From contig DAOTXS010000024.1 in NCBI GenBank assembly GCA_034435055.1, positions 342 to 64,341 of the forward strand: a stretch of DNA of 64,000 nucleotides. Direction: 5' to 3'. This DNA is from Anaerolineae bacterium. Its GTDB lineage: Bacteria > Chloroflexota > Anaerolineae > UBA4142. Made by a program: the position numbers and the translations under genes. Positions 47,621-57,348 of this stretch are shown in pieces. Positions within the stretch are counted from its first letter, which is position 1. Every line of letters starts with the position of its first letter. The notes beneath the pieces are model-generated. The model was not told where the DNA came from and ran no database searches. It was given only the letters and a program-made list of their open reading frames with translations.

Positions 47621-48538
47621 CTATCCAACTCGTTTGACCGTTGCTCTCTCCAAATCCTTTACCACAATCGTGTTCGGGAAAACCGCGCGCGCTTCCGCTT
47701 CAATCACCGCGCCAGAGTAGCGCCGCGAAATGTGCGTGAGATAAAGTTGCTTGACCTTCGCATCGCGCGCGCATGCGGCAGATTCCGCGGCGGTGATGTG
47801 CCCAAACTTGCGCGCTGTCTCCACGTCGTCCATTGTGTACGTCGCTTCCATCACGAGTGCATCCGCGTCGCGCGCCGGTTCCAGCACTTCGTCCGTGCGC
47901 GCAATATCGCCGACGTAAACCAATTTTGTGCCCGGCACCGGCTCGCCCAACACATCTGCCGGCTTGACGATGCGCCCGTCCGCGAGCGTGAGTGTTTCGC
48001 CCGCGACGAGGCGTTTGCGTTCGGGTCCCGCCGGCACGCCCAGTTTTTCCGCTTGCTCGACTAAAAACGGGCGCTTGGTTTTTTCCTGAAACACAAAACC
48101 GAAACAACCGCTTCCGCGATGAACGACCGGAAACGCGTAGACATCGAGATTCTTTTCCGACAGCACCAAACCATGTTTCAGTTCGATGAATTCGATCTCC
48201 ATCTCGACTTCTTTGCCGCGCAAGACGACCTTCATCAAATCGCGCACGCGGTCGATTGCCCAGCGCCCGCCGTAAATCTCGATTTTGTTGATCGCTTCCC
48301 AACGTCCAAACGTCGACACGATGCCGCCCAGTCCCAGGATGTGATCGAGGTGTCCGTGCGTCAAGAAAATTCGGCGCAGGTCTTTGAACCCCAGACCGCT
48401 CGTCAAGATTTGGCGTTGCGTGCCTTCCGCGCAATCGAGCAGGAAACGCTGACCTTCGTGAATCAGCATCGTCGAGGTCATATTGCGTTCGATACTTGGC
48501 GCGGACGCCGAGGTGCCTAAGAAACAAAGTTCAAACAT
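47621..48538 (-). CDS. rnz: Ribonuclease Z
   Basis: FLGTSASAPS, DCAEGTQRQ, THGHLDH, exosite GVPAGP, EATY, GHITA, THISRRY. Confidence 0.95.
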   Translation of the reverse strand: MFELCFLGTSASAPSIERNMTSTMLIHEGQRFLLDCAEGTQRQILTSGLGFKDLRRIFLTHGHLDHILGLGGIVSTFGRWEAINKIEIYGGRWAIDRVRDLMKVVLRGKEVEMEIEFIELKHGLVLSEKNLDVYAFPVVHRGSGCFGFVFQEKTKRPFLVEQAEKLGVPAGPERKRLVAGETLTLADGRIVKPADVLGEPVPGTKLVYVGDIARTDEVLEPARDADALVMEATYTMDDVETARKFGHITAAESAACARDAKVKQLYLTHISRRYSGAVIEAEARAVFPNTIVVKDLERATVKRVG

Positions 48539-48551
48539 GAAAATCCATTTT

Positions 48552-48602
48552 GCCGCAGAACCGCGCAGAAAAATTCTGTGTAATTCTGCGTGGTTTTGCG
48601 GC
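48552..48602. repeat. Empty GCCGCAG hairpin repeat
   Basis: GCCGCAGAACCGCGCAGAA..TTCTGCGTGGTTTTGCGGC. Confidence 0.75.
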
Positions 48603-50335
48603 TAGATATTCAATCCCTGCAATTCCCACACTTCGGTGCGCGCCTCACGTCCTTTGGCTTGGATCGACGGCAATTTCTTCGCCTTGATCAAGTGTTGAAT
48701 GTGAGCGTAGGTCTGTTTGCTGATCAAAATCTGTCCTTCCGCCGCGTTCTCTTGCAATCGCTTTGCCAGATTCACCGCGTCACCAATCGCCGTGAAATTC
48801 ATTTGTTGCGCGGTTCCAATATTTCCCACCACCGCATCGCCGGTATGAATGCCGATGCCGTAATGCAAGCGCAAACTCTTGGGCAACTCGGCATGCAACT
48901 TGACGACCGCACCTCGCATCGCGAGCGCGGCACGCGCCGCGCGCAACGCGTGATCACTCTGAAGCAACGGCGCGTTGAACAACCCCATCACCGCGTCGCC
49001 CATAAATTTATCGAGCGTGCCTTCTTCCGCCAGAATCGCGTCGGCGGCGACAGCAAGATAGTCGTTCAAAATATCGACGAGTTCTTCCGGCGGGAGTGGT
49101 TCGCTAAAGCGCGTAAAGCCGCGAATGTCTGCGAATAAAATCGTGATCTCTTGGCGATTGCCGCCGAGTTTTAGAAAATCCGGATTCGGCGGCAAGCGAT
49201 CAACGACGGCAGGCGCAACGTACCGCTTGAACATTTCGCGTGTCGCTTCCAATTGGCGCATTTCTGTCAGGTCCTCGACGACAATCGTAACGCCTTGCAT
49301 TCGACCGCTTGCGTCTTTCAACGATGAAACGCTGAAACCCAAATGCACAACGCCGCGATTCGGCAGTTCCGGCGCGATTTCCGCATCGACGCGACGTTTG
49401 CCGGCGCGTTTCACTTCGTCGACCATTTGCGGCAACCGCGTTGAACGCAACGGGGCAAGCGCGCGCCAGTACGGTTGTCCCAACGATTGCTGCGCGCCCG
49501 TCGCAAAAATAGTTTCTGCCGCGCGATTGAACGCGGTGATGCGGTCTTCCAAATCGGTGGCGACGACGCCGGATGTGATCGACGCAAAAATGTTGTCCTG
49601 AAATGTTTTGAGCGCGCTGATCTCATCGACTTTTTGGCGAATGTTTTCGTACAACCGTGCATTTTGAATGGCGACGGCAACGTGATCCGCGAACGCGCGG
49701 ACGGCATTCAAGTCGGCGGACTGGAACATGCCGGGACGCAAACGATTATCGACGTAAACCACGCCAATCACGCGGTCGCGCACTTTGAGCGGTGTGCACA
49801 TGATCGAACGGAGCGATAAACTCACCACACTGTCAGTATCGGAAAAACGCGGATCGAGCGTGGCGTTGGTGCTGAGCACCGGCTCGCCGGTTTCGGCAAC
49901 GCGCGTGATGATACTGCGGCTGACTTGAAACGCCGGGCTGGAAATAGTCGCGCGTTCAAAATTGCGCGCCACGCGGAATGTCAGATTGCCGTCGTCTTCG
50001 GCGAGCATCAAAAAGCCGCGTTCGGCGCGTGTCGTTTGGATGATAATATCCATCGCGCGGTCGAGCACTTGTTTGAGATCGAGTGTGGAGTTGACCGCGT
50101 GGCTCAATTGAAAGAGCCCGGCAAGTTGCACGCGCTCTTTTTCTTGTTGTTCCAGATCGGCGCTGAGGCGTTCCAAAAATTCGCCGAGTTTGGAAACGCG
50201 TTCGCTCAATTCGCCGGCGTGCGGAAACGTGGCTTGCCGCGAATCGAGCCAGAGAAAGAGGTCGCTCAAGCCGCGTCGCAGTTCGGCAATGTCGCGGCGC
50301 GTCCGTTCGATGGTGGAGAGGGTGAGTTCCGGCAT
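48602..50335 (-). CDS. GAF-PAS class III adenylate/guanylate cyclase
   Basis: LFADIRGFT, DKFMGDAVM, GIHTGDAVVGNIG, IGDAVNLAKRLQ; GAF (RSIMCTPL) and PAS upstream. Confidence 0.94.
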   Translation of the reverse strand: MPELTLSTIERTRRDIAELRRGLSDLFLWLDSRQATFPHAGELSERVSKLGEFLERLSADLEQQEKERVQLAGLFQLSHAVNSTLDLKQVLDRAMDIIIQTTRAERGFLMLAEDDGNLTFRVARNFERATISSPAFQVSRSIITRVAETGEPVLSTNATLDPRFSDTDSVVSLSLRSIMCTPLKVRDRVIGVVYVDNRLRPGMFQSADLNAVRAFADHVAVAIQNARLYENIRQKVDEISALKTFQDNIFASITSGVVATDLEDRITAFNRAAETIFATGAQQSLGQPYWRALAPLRSTRLPQMVDEVKRAGKRRVDAEIAPELPNRGVVHLGFSVSSLKDASGRMQGVTIVVEDLTEMRQLEATREMFKRYVAPAVVDRLPPNPDFLKLGGNRQEITILFADIRGFTRFSEPLPPEELVDILNDYLAVAADAILAEEGTLDKFMGDAVMGLFNAPLLQSDHALRAARAALAMRGAVVKLHAELPKSLRLHYGIGIHTGDAVVGNIGTAQQMNFTAIGDAVNLAKRLQENAAEGQILISKQTYAHIQHLIKAKKLPSIQAKGREARTEVWELQGLNI

Positions 50336-50338
50336 GAA

Positions 50339-52030
50339 TTATTTTCCACTCAACTGTTTGAGTTGTTTGTTCGCTTCGTCTTTCAATTCCGGCGGGGTGT
50401 TGGGATTGTTGACAACCATCTGAAATTGGCGTTTGGCTTCATCGGTTTGTCCGCGATTGAGCGCAAGCATACCCAAACCGTAATGCGCTTGCGGTAAATT
50501 GGGATCGATGGCAACCGCGCGCGTGTAATCGCGCAACGCCTCCGCGATTTTGCCTTGCGCGCGCTCGATGTCGCCCAATCGCCACAATGCCTGCGCGTTG
50601 CCAGCATCCGCCTTGAGAACCTTTTCCACTTGCGCGCGCGCCTCGTCGAATTTTTTCTGCTCAAAATACAGATCGCCAAGTCCAAGTAACAACCCGGCAT
50701 CGTCGGGCGCGATATTCAAGCCGGCTTGGAAATAACGCGTCGCGCGCTCGTAATCGTTGATGCGCGTTGCCGCTTCGCCGGCGCGCAGGTACGCTCCCGG
50801 GCTGGCGGGATTGAGTCGAATGGCTTGATCGAATTCGGCGAACGCGGCGGCGAAATCTTTCTGCCGCATCAACGCTTCCGCAAGTTGCACGTGCGCAACC
50901 GGGTCTTGGGGATTTGCGGTAACTTTGTCGCGCGCCGCGCGCACGGGATCGACTGTTTGCGACGGCGGCGGCAGATTCTTGGATGTTTGGCGCAACGGCG
51001 ATTGCGGATTGATCGTCATCACACCGCACAACAATAAAATCACAATCGTACCGATGACACCGCACGTAACAAGCCATCGATTCTTTTGGGGTTGCGGCGC
51101 GGGTTTGGGCATTCCCTCGCTGATTTTTGCCGGCGGTGGTGTCGTTCTATCGCCCAGGTCGGGCGGCGGAGCCGGCACCGGCGTAATCGTCGAACCGGTT
51201 GGCGCGGGAATGCCCGCCGCTTGATACAGTGCATTCAGTAATTCGAGTGCGTTGGTGTACCGCGCCGCCGGGTCTTTGGCAAGCGCTTTGAGCAAAACGC
51301 GTTCCACGTCTTTGGGCAAACCGGGATTGATTGACGAGGGCAACGGCAGGGGTGAATAGATGTGATCGTGGATGATGGCGTATGGGGTGTCTGCACTGAA
51401 CGGCACGCGCCCGGTCAGCATTTCGAACAGCACGACGCCGAGCGAGTAAATGTCGCTGCGTTCTGTCGCGGATACGCCGCGCGCTTGCTCCGGCGAAATG
51501 TATTGCGGCGTGCCGATCAACATATCTTGTGAGATTGTTGAGTCGCTTGCTTGGGCGATGCGCGCGAGTCCAAAATCGGTGAGGAAAATGTGTTGGTCGC
51601 TCGCAAGGATAATGTTCGACGGTTTGATGTCGCGGTGCAAAATTCCTTGCGTGTGCGCGTACGCCAACCCCTCGGCAACCGGGCGAATGATCGATAACGC
51701 GCGTCCGACCGGCATCGCACCTTGGCGCAAGATTGTCTTGAGCGTTTTGCCATCGATGTAGCGCATCACGAGGTACGGCATCCCGCGTTCTTCGTCGAAA
51801 TCGTAGATGGGGACGATGTTGGGGTGATCGAGTTTGGCAACGATGCGCGCCTCACGCTTGAAACGCGCGAGAAAGTTGGGGTCTTCTTTGAACGCCGGGT
51901 GCAATACTTTGATGGCAACGTAACGATCCAGTGCAGCGTGGTACGCTTTGTACACGGTTGCCATGCCACCTTGCCCCAGCGGTTCGATCACACGGTACGG
52001 TCCCAAATTGTCGCCCGGTGAAATGTTCAT
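50339..52030 (-). CDS. Ser/Thr protein kinase with TM and TPR repeats
   Basis: GQGGMATVY, VAIK, HRDIKPSN, DFGLA, GTPQYISPE; C-terminal TPRs. Confidence 0.96.
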   Translation of the reverse strand: MNISPGDNLGPYRVIEPLGQGGMATVYKAYHAALDRYVAIKVLHPAFKEDPNFLARFKREARIVAKLDHPNIVPIYDFDEERGMPYLVMRYIDGKTLKTILRQGAMPVGRALSIIRPVAEGLAYAHTQGILHRDIKPSNIILASDQHIFLTDFGLARIAQASDSTISQDMLIGTPQYISPEQARGVSATERSDIYSLGVVLFEMLTGRVPFSADTPYAIIHDHIYSPLPLPSSINPGLPKDVERVLLKALAKDPAARYTNALELLNALYQAAGIPAPTGSTITPVPAPPPDLGDRTTPPPAKISEGMPKPAPQPQKNRWLVTCGVIGTIVILLLCGVMTINPQSPLRQTSKNLPPPSQTVDPVRAARDKVTANPQDPVAHVQLAEALMRQKDFAAAFAEFDQAIRLNPASPGAYLRAGEAATRINDYERATRYFQAGLNIAPDDAGLLLGLGDLYFEQKKFDEARAQVEKVLKADAGNAQALWRLGDIERAQGKIAEALRDYTRAVAIDPNLPQAHYGLGMLALNRGQTDEAKRQFQMVVNNPNTPPELKDEANKQLKQLSGK

Positions 52031-52120
52031 CTGTTGCCTGCCGAGGAAAAATAAAAAAGCGCGTTCGGAAGTATTATATCCGATTTCGCGCCTTAAGCAA
52101 TAAGCGATTTCTAGAAATAT

Positions 52121-54208
52121 TTACGGTCCCGCGCTCAACGATTCCCGCGCCCACAGATTGGCGTCTGGCGCGGCTTTGGGGATGAGCAATCGTTTGTCCG
52201 TTCCGTCCGCGCGCATTAGGAAAATCGCCCATTCTTTGCCTTCTTGATCGGAACGATAAAAAATGAAATTGCCGTCACTCGACCAAGTGGGTTGACCGGT
52301 GTTGCCTTTGTTGGCGGTCAATTGTTTTTGCCCCGAGCCGTCAGGATTTACGGTGAAAATATTGACGCCGCCGCCCACGCTGGCTTGATAAACAATCTTG
52401 TCGCCGCGCGGCGACCATTGCGGACTGCCGCCGCTATCGCGCGTGATGAGCGTTGCAGCTTTGGTTCGCAAATCGTACACGAACAAACCGCATTGCGTCG
52501 TGTTGGGTTGACACCCGGCATACACGATGCGATTGCCGTCCGGCGCCCACGCCGGATTGAACCCGGTAGCGATTTCGCTAATGTTGGTGCCATCCACGTT
52601 GACGATGGTGATTTTGGTATCGCCGATGCTGAGTTTGCCGCGCACGTACATCAACCGCTTGCCGTCCGGCGACCACTGCACGCAACACGTTTCATTCTTG
52701 ACGACGACGCGCGCGCCACTGCCATCGATGTTTGCAATGTAGATGCCTTCGTCTTTGATGCGATGATACGCAATCAGTTTACCGTCCGGCGAAAGCGCGG
52801 GCCAATTGGAATTTTCGATGATCATTCGCGCGTCTGTGCCATCCGCATCGGCAATCCAAATGAAATGCTGTTCCGCCGCTTCGCCGGTGGCAATGGTGTA
52901 CACAATTTTCCCGCGTGGCACCGCCGCAACCGGCGCGGTCGATGCATCGCGCGTGGGTGTTGGCGGTACTCGCGTGGGCGAGGGCGGTGGCGGCGTCGGC
53001 GGAATTGGGGTGGCGGATGGTGTCGGCGTCGCCGTGGGCGATGGCGGAATTGCTGTTGCGGTTGGTGGAATCGTTGACGATGGCAAGACGACTAGAACGG
53101 CAGATGGCGATGGAATCGTCGTAGAAATTGCGGCGGTGATTGGCGGAGCAATCGCCACTTTGGGACTAGAAAACTGATATGTAACAAGTCCGATGCTGAC
53201 CGCGCACCCAAAGAAAAGCGCGAGCGCGACCAGGATGATAAAAATGCCGGGCACCTGCGGACGTTGCGAGCGTTGGCGTAATTTTCCACCGACGCGCTCG
53301 AGTGATCCTTGTAGAGGATTGCCGTTGACGCGTTTATATTCGATGAGTGGAAACATTACGGCGGAAGATTCGTCGTCTTGACGCGGACCTTCAATGGCGT
53401 TTTCCAGCGCGTGCATCATATCGCGGATACTGGCGTACCGGTGTTTCGGTTCTTTGGCAAGGGCTTTGAGTAAAACTTGTTCGACCGCCGGGCGAATCTT
53501 GGGATTGATCGTACGCGGTGCGGGCGGTGGTTGGTTGATCTGCGCCAGAATCGTCGCGTAGGGCGTGTCGCCCTGAAAAGGTGTGCGCCCGGTGAACATT
53601 TCGTACAGCACAACGCCGAAGGCGTAAATATCGGTGCGCGGATCGACCGGTTCGCTTTTGGCTTGTTCGGGGGAAATATATTGCGGCGAGCCAATCAACA
53701 TATCTTGCGATGATGTCGATTCACTGCTGTGTTCGATGCGCGCGAGTCCAAAGTCGGTGAGGTAAACGTGCCCCTCGTGATCGATCAGAATGTTCGAGGG
53801 TTTGACATCGCGATGCAAAACACCGCGGCTGTGCGCGTACGCCAACGCGCTGGCAACCGCGCGCGCGATGTTGAGGATTTGGCGGGTGGCGAGCTTTTGC
53901 GATTGCAAAACGGCTTTGAGCGTTGTGCCGTCGATGTATTGTAGAACAAGGAATGGGGTACTCTCAAACTCGGCGTAATCGTACACCGTAACAATGTTGG
54001 GGTGGTTGAGCTTGGCAATGATCGCGGCTTCGCGCTTGAGGCGCATTAAAAACGCTTTGTCTTCTTTGAGAATTGGATGGATGACTTTGAGCGCAACATC
54101 CCGTTCGAGCGTGGTCTGATGCGCTTTGTAGATGGTTGCCATCCCGCCTTGCCCAATGTAGGCGGTTATCTTATAGGGCCCAACACTTTCGCCGACAATA
54201 AAACCCAT
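52121..54208 (-). CDS. Ser/Thr protein kinase with TM and TolB/PD40 beta-propeller
   Basis: HRDVKPSN, DFGLA, GSPQYISPE; repeated PAWAPDG/PQWSPRG/PTWSSDG. Confidence 0.96.
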   Translation of the reverse strand: MGFIVGESVGPYKITAYIGQGGMATIYKAHQTTLERDVALKVIHPILKEDKAFLMRLKREAAIIAKLNHPNIVTVYDYAEFESTPFLVLQYIDGTTLKAVLQSQKLATRQILNIARAVASALAYAHSRGVLHRDVKPSNILIDHEGHVYLTDFGLARIEHSSESTSSQDMLIGSPQYISPEQAKSEPVDPRTDIYAFGVVLYEMFTGRTPFQGDTPYATILAQINQPPPAPRTINPKIRPAVEQVLLKALAKEPKHRYASIRDMMHALENAIEGPRQDDESSAVMFPLIEYKRVNGNPLQGSLERVGGKLRQRSQRPQVPGIFIILVALALFFGCAVSIGLVTYQFSSPKVAIAPPITAAISTTIPSPSAVLVVLPSSTIPPTATAIPPSPTATPTPSATPIPPTPPPPSPTRVPPTPTRDASTAPVAAVPRGKIVYTIATGEAAEQHFIWIADADGTDARMIIENSNWPALSPDGKLIAYHRIKDEGIYIANIDGSGARVVVKNETCCVQWSPDGKRLMYVRGKLSIGDTKITIVNVDGTNISEIATGFNPAWAPDGNRIVYAGCQPNTTQCGLFVYDLRTKAATLITRDSGGSPQWSPRGDKIVYQASVGGGVNIFTVNPDGSGQKQLTANKGNTGQPTWSSDGNFIFYRSDQEGKEWAIFLMRADGTDKRLLIPKAAPDANLWARESLSAGP

Positions 54209-54304
54209 TAGTTGAGACTCTCCGCAGAACCGCTCACATTATAGCCGAATTTGCGTGGATAGACAAACCAGAAAATGGTCATAGGGTTATGCGCTGAAAA
54301 AGTT

Positions 54305-54347
54305 ACGGACGACAGCCGTCAGAGGGTTTCCGTCGTCTGTCGTCCGT
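54305..54347. repeat. Heptamer-based hairpin
   Basis: ACGGACGACAG/CTGTCGTCCGT perfect 11-bp arms; same unit type as nuoL insert. Confidence 0.65.
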
Positions 54348-54364
54348 GTACAGATAGTTCCAAG

Positions 54365-57301
54365 TTATGGCATTGTGGTGAGTTGGAATGTAACGCGATA
54401 GTTGACGTGGCGGCGCATTGGCATAATCATCCCGCTGGCTTGATCGCTGGGATATTGATCCATCACTTTGACACTGTACCCATCGCCATACATAAAGACA
54501 CCATAGTTGCAATTGCAGATGTCATCAGCGCTTTTCTGCGGAAGACTTTCTGCCGGATAATCGCCGGAACTTTCGCCCCACGCTCTAATCTTGGCTTCGG
54601 TGCGCTTGCCGTTTTCATCCTTGATCATCACGTAGATCGTGTGATCGTTGTTCGATTCGGAAATGTCTTCAAAGACTACGCTGGTGATCCGCCAGAATTT
54701 TTGTCCGCGCGCGACGGTGGCGGGGATCAATTTGAATTGATTCACGTGCGGCAAATCTTTCCCGCTTCCCGGCACCAGACGCGGATCGATCGATGCGGGC
54801 GGCAACGCCGGCACTGGTGCGGCGGGAGCCGCGGCAACGGCCGGCGCGGCAGGAACTGGGGTCTTGGTCGGCAGAACGCGTGTGGGTTGCGGACGCGGCG
54901 TAAAGGTCGGTTGTGGTGTACGGGTCGGCACCGGCGTATTCGTCGGTAACGCGTACGCAACTTTGGAGCGACCGCCGTTGGAATTGCCATTCGACGTTTC
55001 GGCAGTCTTGTTTCCGTTTGTCGCGGCGGTATTTTCCGCGCTCGACAATTGCAAACCGCCGACAGCCGAACTCACCGTCGAGATGGTCATCCAAGGAATC
55101 GAGACGATCAAAAACCAGAAGGCGAACATCAACAGAACGAGCAAGCGCAATTTTCCGCCAACCGATAGTTTATTCAGCCAAGGTCCAAATTCTCTGCCGA
55201 ACGAATTATCGCGGCGCGCGGCGTGGGGTTGCGCTTTTGCAGCGGTCGATTTATGCGTTGGTAAATGCGGCGCGGGAAGGTGCGGCATTTGCACGTGTGG
55301 TAATTGAACGTGCGGCAAATGCGGTGTTTCGATATGCGGTAGATGCGGTTTCGAAATGTGCGGCAAATGAACATTCGGCAGATGCGGCTTGTTCGATTGT
55401 TCTGGTTTCGGCGTTTGCTTTGGCGCAATCGTTTGTCGTGCGGCGGGTGTTGCCGCCGGTTTTGGCGCGCTCGGCGCCACCGGTTTGGCTACCGTTTGCG
55501 GTTTCGGTGGAACTGCCGTCGCTCGAATGGGACGCGCGCCGGAAGGTGGTTGCTGAACGCGCGGCGGTGGCGGAACATTTGCCGGCGGACGCGCGGCAGG
55601 CGCGCGTGGCGGTACCGCCATCCCGGGACGCGGACGACTGCCGGGCGGCGGCGTTTGGGCGCGTTGAACGCGCGCCAATCGATCTGCCATCACGCGCGTA
55701 ACCGTCAACGCAAGCGCGGGATAATTTTCCATCAACGCGATGAAATCGGCTTTGCTGATCGTCCACAGCTCCGCTTCGGTCAGCGTTTGCGCGGTGGTGG
55801 CGTACAGCGTGTTCTGGACGATTTCTTGTTCGCCGAAGGAATCGCCGGCATCGAGAATATCGATGGTGATTGGTTCGCCGGCGGGACCGGTGGCAATTCG
55901 CTTGACTTCGCCTTTTTCGATAAGATACAATGTTTGGGCGGGTTGACCGGCAAGGCAAATGATTTCGCCGGGGCGGAAGCGCAAACCGCGGACGTGCTTG
56001 GAAATTTCTTTGAGTTCGCTCGTGGCGAGGTTGGAGAACAAGTGGATGCGACGCAAATGCCGGATGACAAAATCGCTTTCGCGCGAGGTGAGCCGCTGAC
56101 TGAGCGCGCGGCTGAGCGAGACGCTGATTTCCGGATACTGCACCATCAAATCGTCGAAATCGTTTTTGTACATCACCCACACAGTCGTATCTGTTGCGGC
56201 ACGCGCACATTCGGCGCGGGTGCGGCCGGTGAGCAACGCCATTTCGCCAAAGGCATCGCCGGGGCGGAGCCGTTCCAACAACATCGCGTCGGAAAACACA
56301 GAATCGGTCAAGCGGACTTCGCCGGAATCGACGATGTACATTGCATCGCCGGGCGTACCTTCGCGGTAGATCAATTCGTCGGTTGGAAAGTGACGCAAGA
56401 CCAGATGCGCGGCGAGCATCGTGAGCGTGTCGGTTGGGACATCAGCAAAGAGTTGGAGTTGACGCAAACGCTCGACCGCGTCGGCTTGGTCGCGTTGGCT
56501 CAACGATTCGGCGAGCGCGCGGCTCAACGCCAACGTGACGGCGGGGTGATCTTGAATGATGGTTTGGTAAACTTGGTGCGACAAAATCCACACGGTTACA
56601 TCGGTGATGGCGCGCGCGGTTGCCCCGTGTGCTTTGCCGGTCATTAACGCGGTATGCCCAAAGAGCGCGCCTTCTTTCAAATCCTCGAACGATTCTCCCT
56701 CGCTCGATTTGGTGACGAGCCGGACCGTGCCCTCTTCGATGAGGTACGCATTGTCGCCGGGGGAACCGGCGTCGATGATGACTTCGCCGCGCGGAATTGC
56801 GCGGAAATCGAGTTGTTGTGCGATGGCGCGCAAATCGTCTTGCGGCAGTGCGCTCAAGAGTTCGAGATTGCGTAAGCGTTGTTGCACCAAGTACTCTTCG
56901 AGGAAGGCAAGTCGGACGCCGATACTTGCGCTGAATTTCAATCCGATGCTGGGACATTCGTTGATGAGGTCTTCCAAATCGGCGCGCGCAAGTGTGAGCA
57001 ATTGAGTATTCGCGGCGGAGCGAGCGGACGTGGAATACGGTCGCCCCATCAACATATCGATTTCGCCCAGCAAACTGCCGGCGCCTAGATTAGCCAGAGT
57101 AACGGAATGATCGACCGAGCCGCCTTCCAACTTGACCCAGCCGGCGGTGATGATGAACAAGTGGTTTGCCGGCTGACCCTCGGCGATGATCAATTCGCCC
57201 GGCGCGGCTTGACGTCGCTTGAGGCGTTGGGTGACCAGTTGGCGTTCTTCTTCCGAGAGTCGTTGGAACAATGGCACCGTGTCGATGGGTTGCGGTATCA
57301 C
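54365..57301 (-). CDS. Single-pass membrane protein with four cNMP-binding domains
   Basis: Four CNB repeats, Pro-rich linker with PHL/PHV repeats, one TM, C-terminal beta-rich domain. Confidence 0.9.
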   Translation of the reverse strand: MIPQPIDTVPLFQRLSEEERQLVTQRLKRRQAAPGELIIAEGQPANHLFIITAGWVKLEGGSVDHSVTLANLGAGSLLGEIDMLMGRPYSTSARSAANTQLLTLARADLEDLINECPSIGLKFSASIGVRLAFLEEYLVQQRLRNLELLSALPQDDLRAIAQQLDFRAIPRGEVIIDAGSPGDNAYLIEEGTVRLVTKSSEGESFEDLKEGALFGHTALMTGKAHGATARAITDVTVWILSHQVYQTIIQDHPAVTLALSRALAESLSQRDQADAVERLRQLQLFADVPTDTLTMLAAHLVLRHFPTDELIYREGTPGDAMYIVDSGEVRLTDSVFSDAMLLERLRPGDAFGEMALLTGRTRAECARAATDTTVWVMYKNDFDDLMVQYPEISVSLSRALSQRLTSRESDFVIRHLRRIHLFSNLATSELKEISKHVRGLRFRPGEIICLAGQPAQTLYLIEKGEVKRIATGPAGEPITIDILDAGDSFGEQEIVQNTLYATTAQTLTEAELWTISKADFIALMENYPALALTVTRVMADRLARVQRAQTPPPGSRPRPGMAVPPRAPAARPPANVPPPPRVQQPPSGARPIRATAVPPKPQTVAKPVAPSAPKPAATPAARQTIAPKQTPKPEQSNKPHLPNVHLPHISKPHLPHIETPHLPHVQLPHVQMPHLPAPHLPTHKSTAAKAQPHAARRDNSFGREFGPWLNKLSVGGKLRLLVLLMFAFWFLIVSIPWMTISTVSSAVGGLQLSSAENTAATNGNKTAETSNGNSNGGRSKVAYALPTNTPVPTRTPQPTFTPRPQPTRVLPTKTPVPAAPAVAAAPAAPVPALPPASIDPRLVPGSGKDLPHVNQFKLIPATVARGQKFWRITSVVFEDISESNNDHTIYVMIKDENGKRTEAKIRAWGESSGDYPAESLPQKSADDICNCNYGVFMYGDGYSVKVMDQYPSDQASGMIMPMRRHVNYRVTFQLTTMP

Positions 57302-57348
57302 TAAATTCTACCTCCAATAACCGCGATGAGCCATCAGCGGTTGGGATT

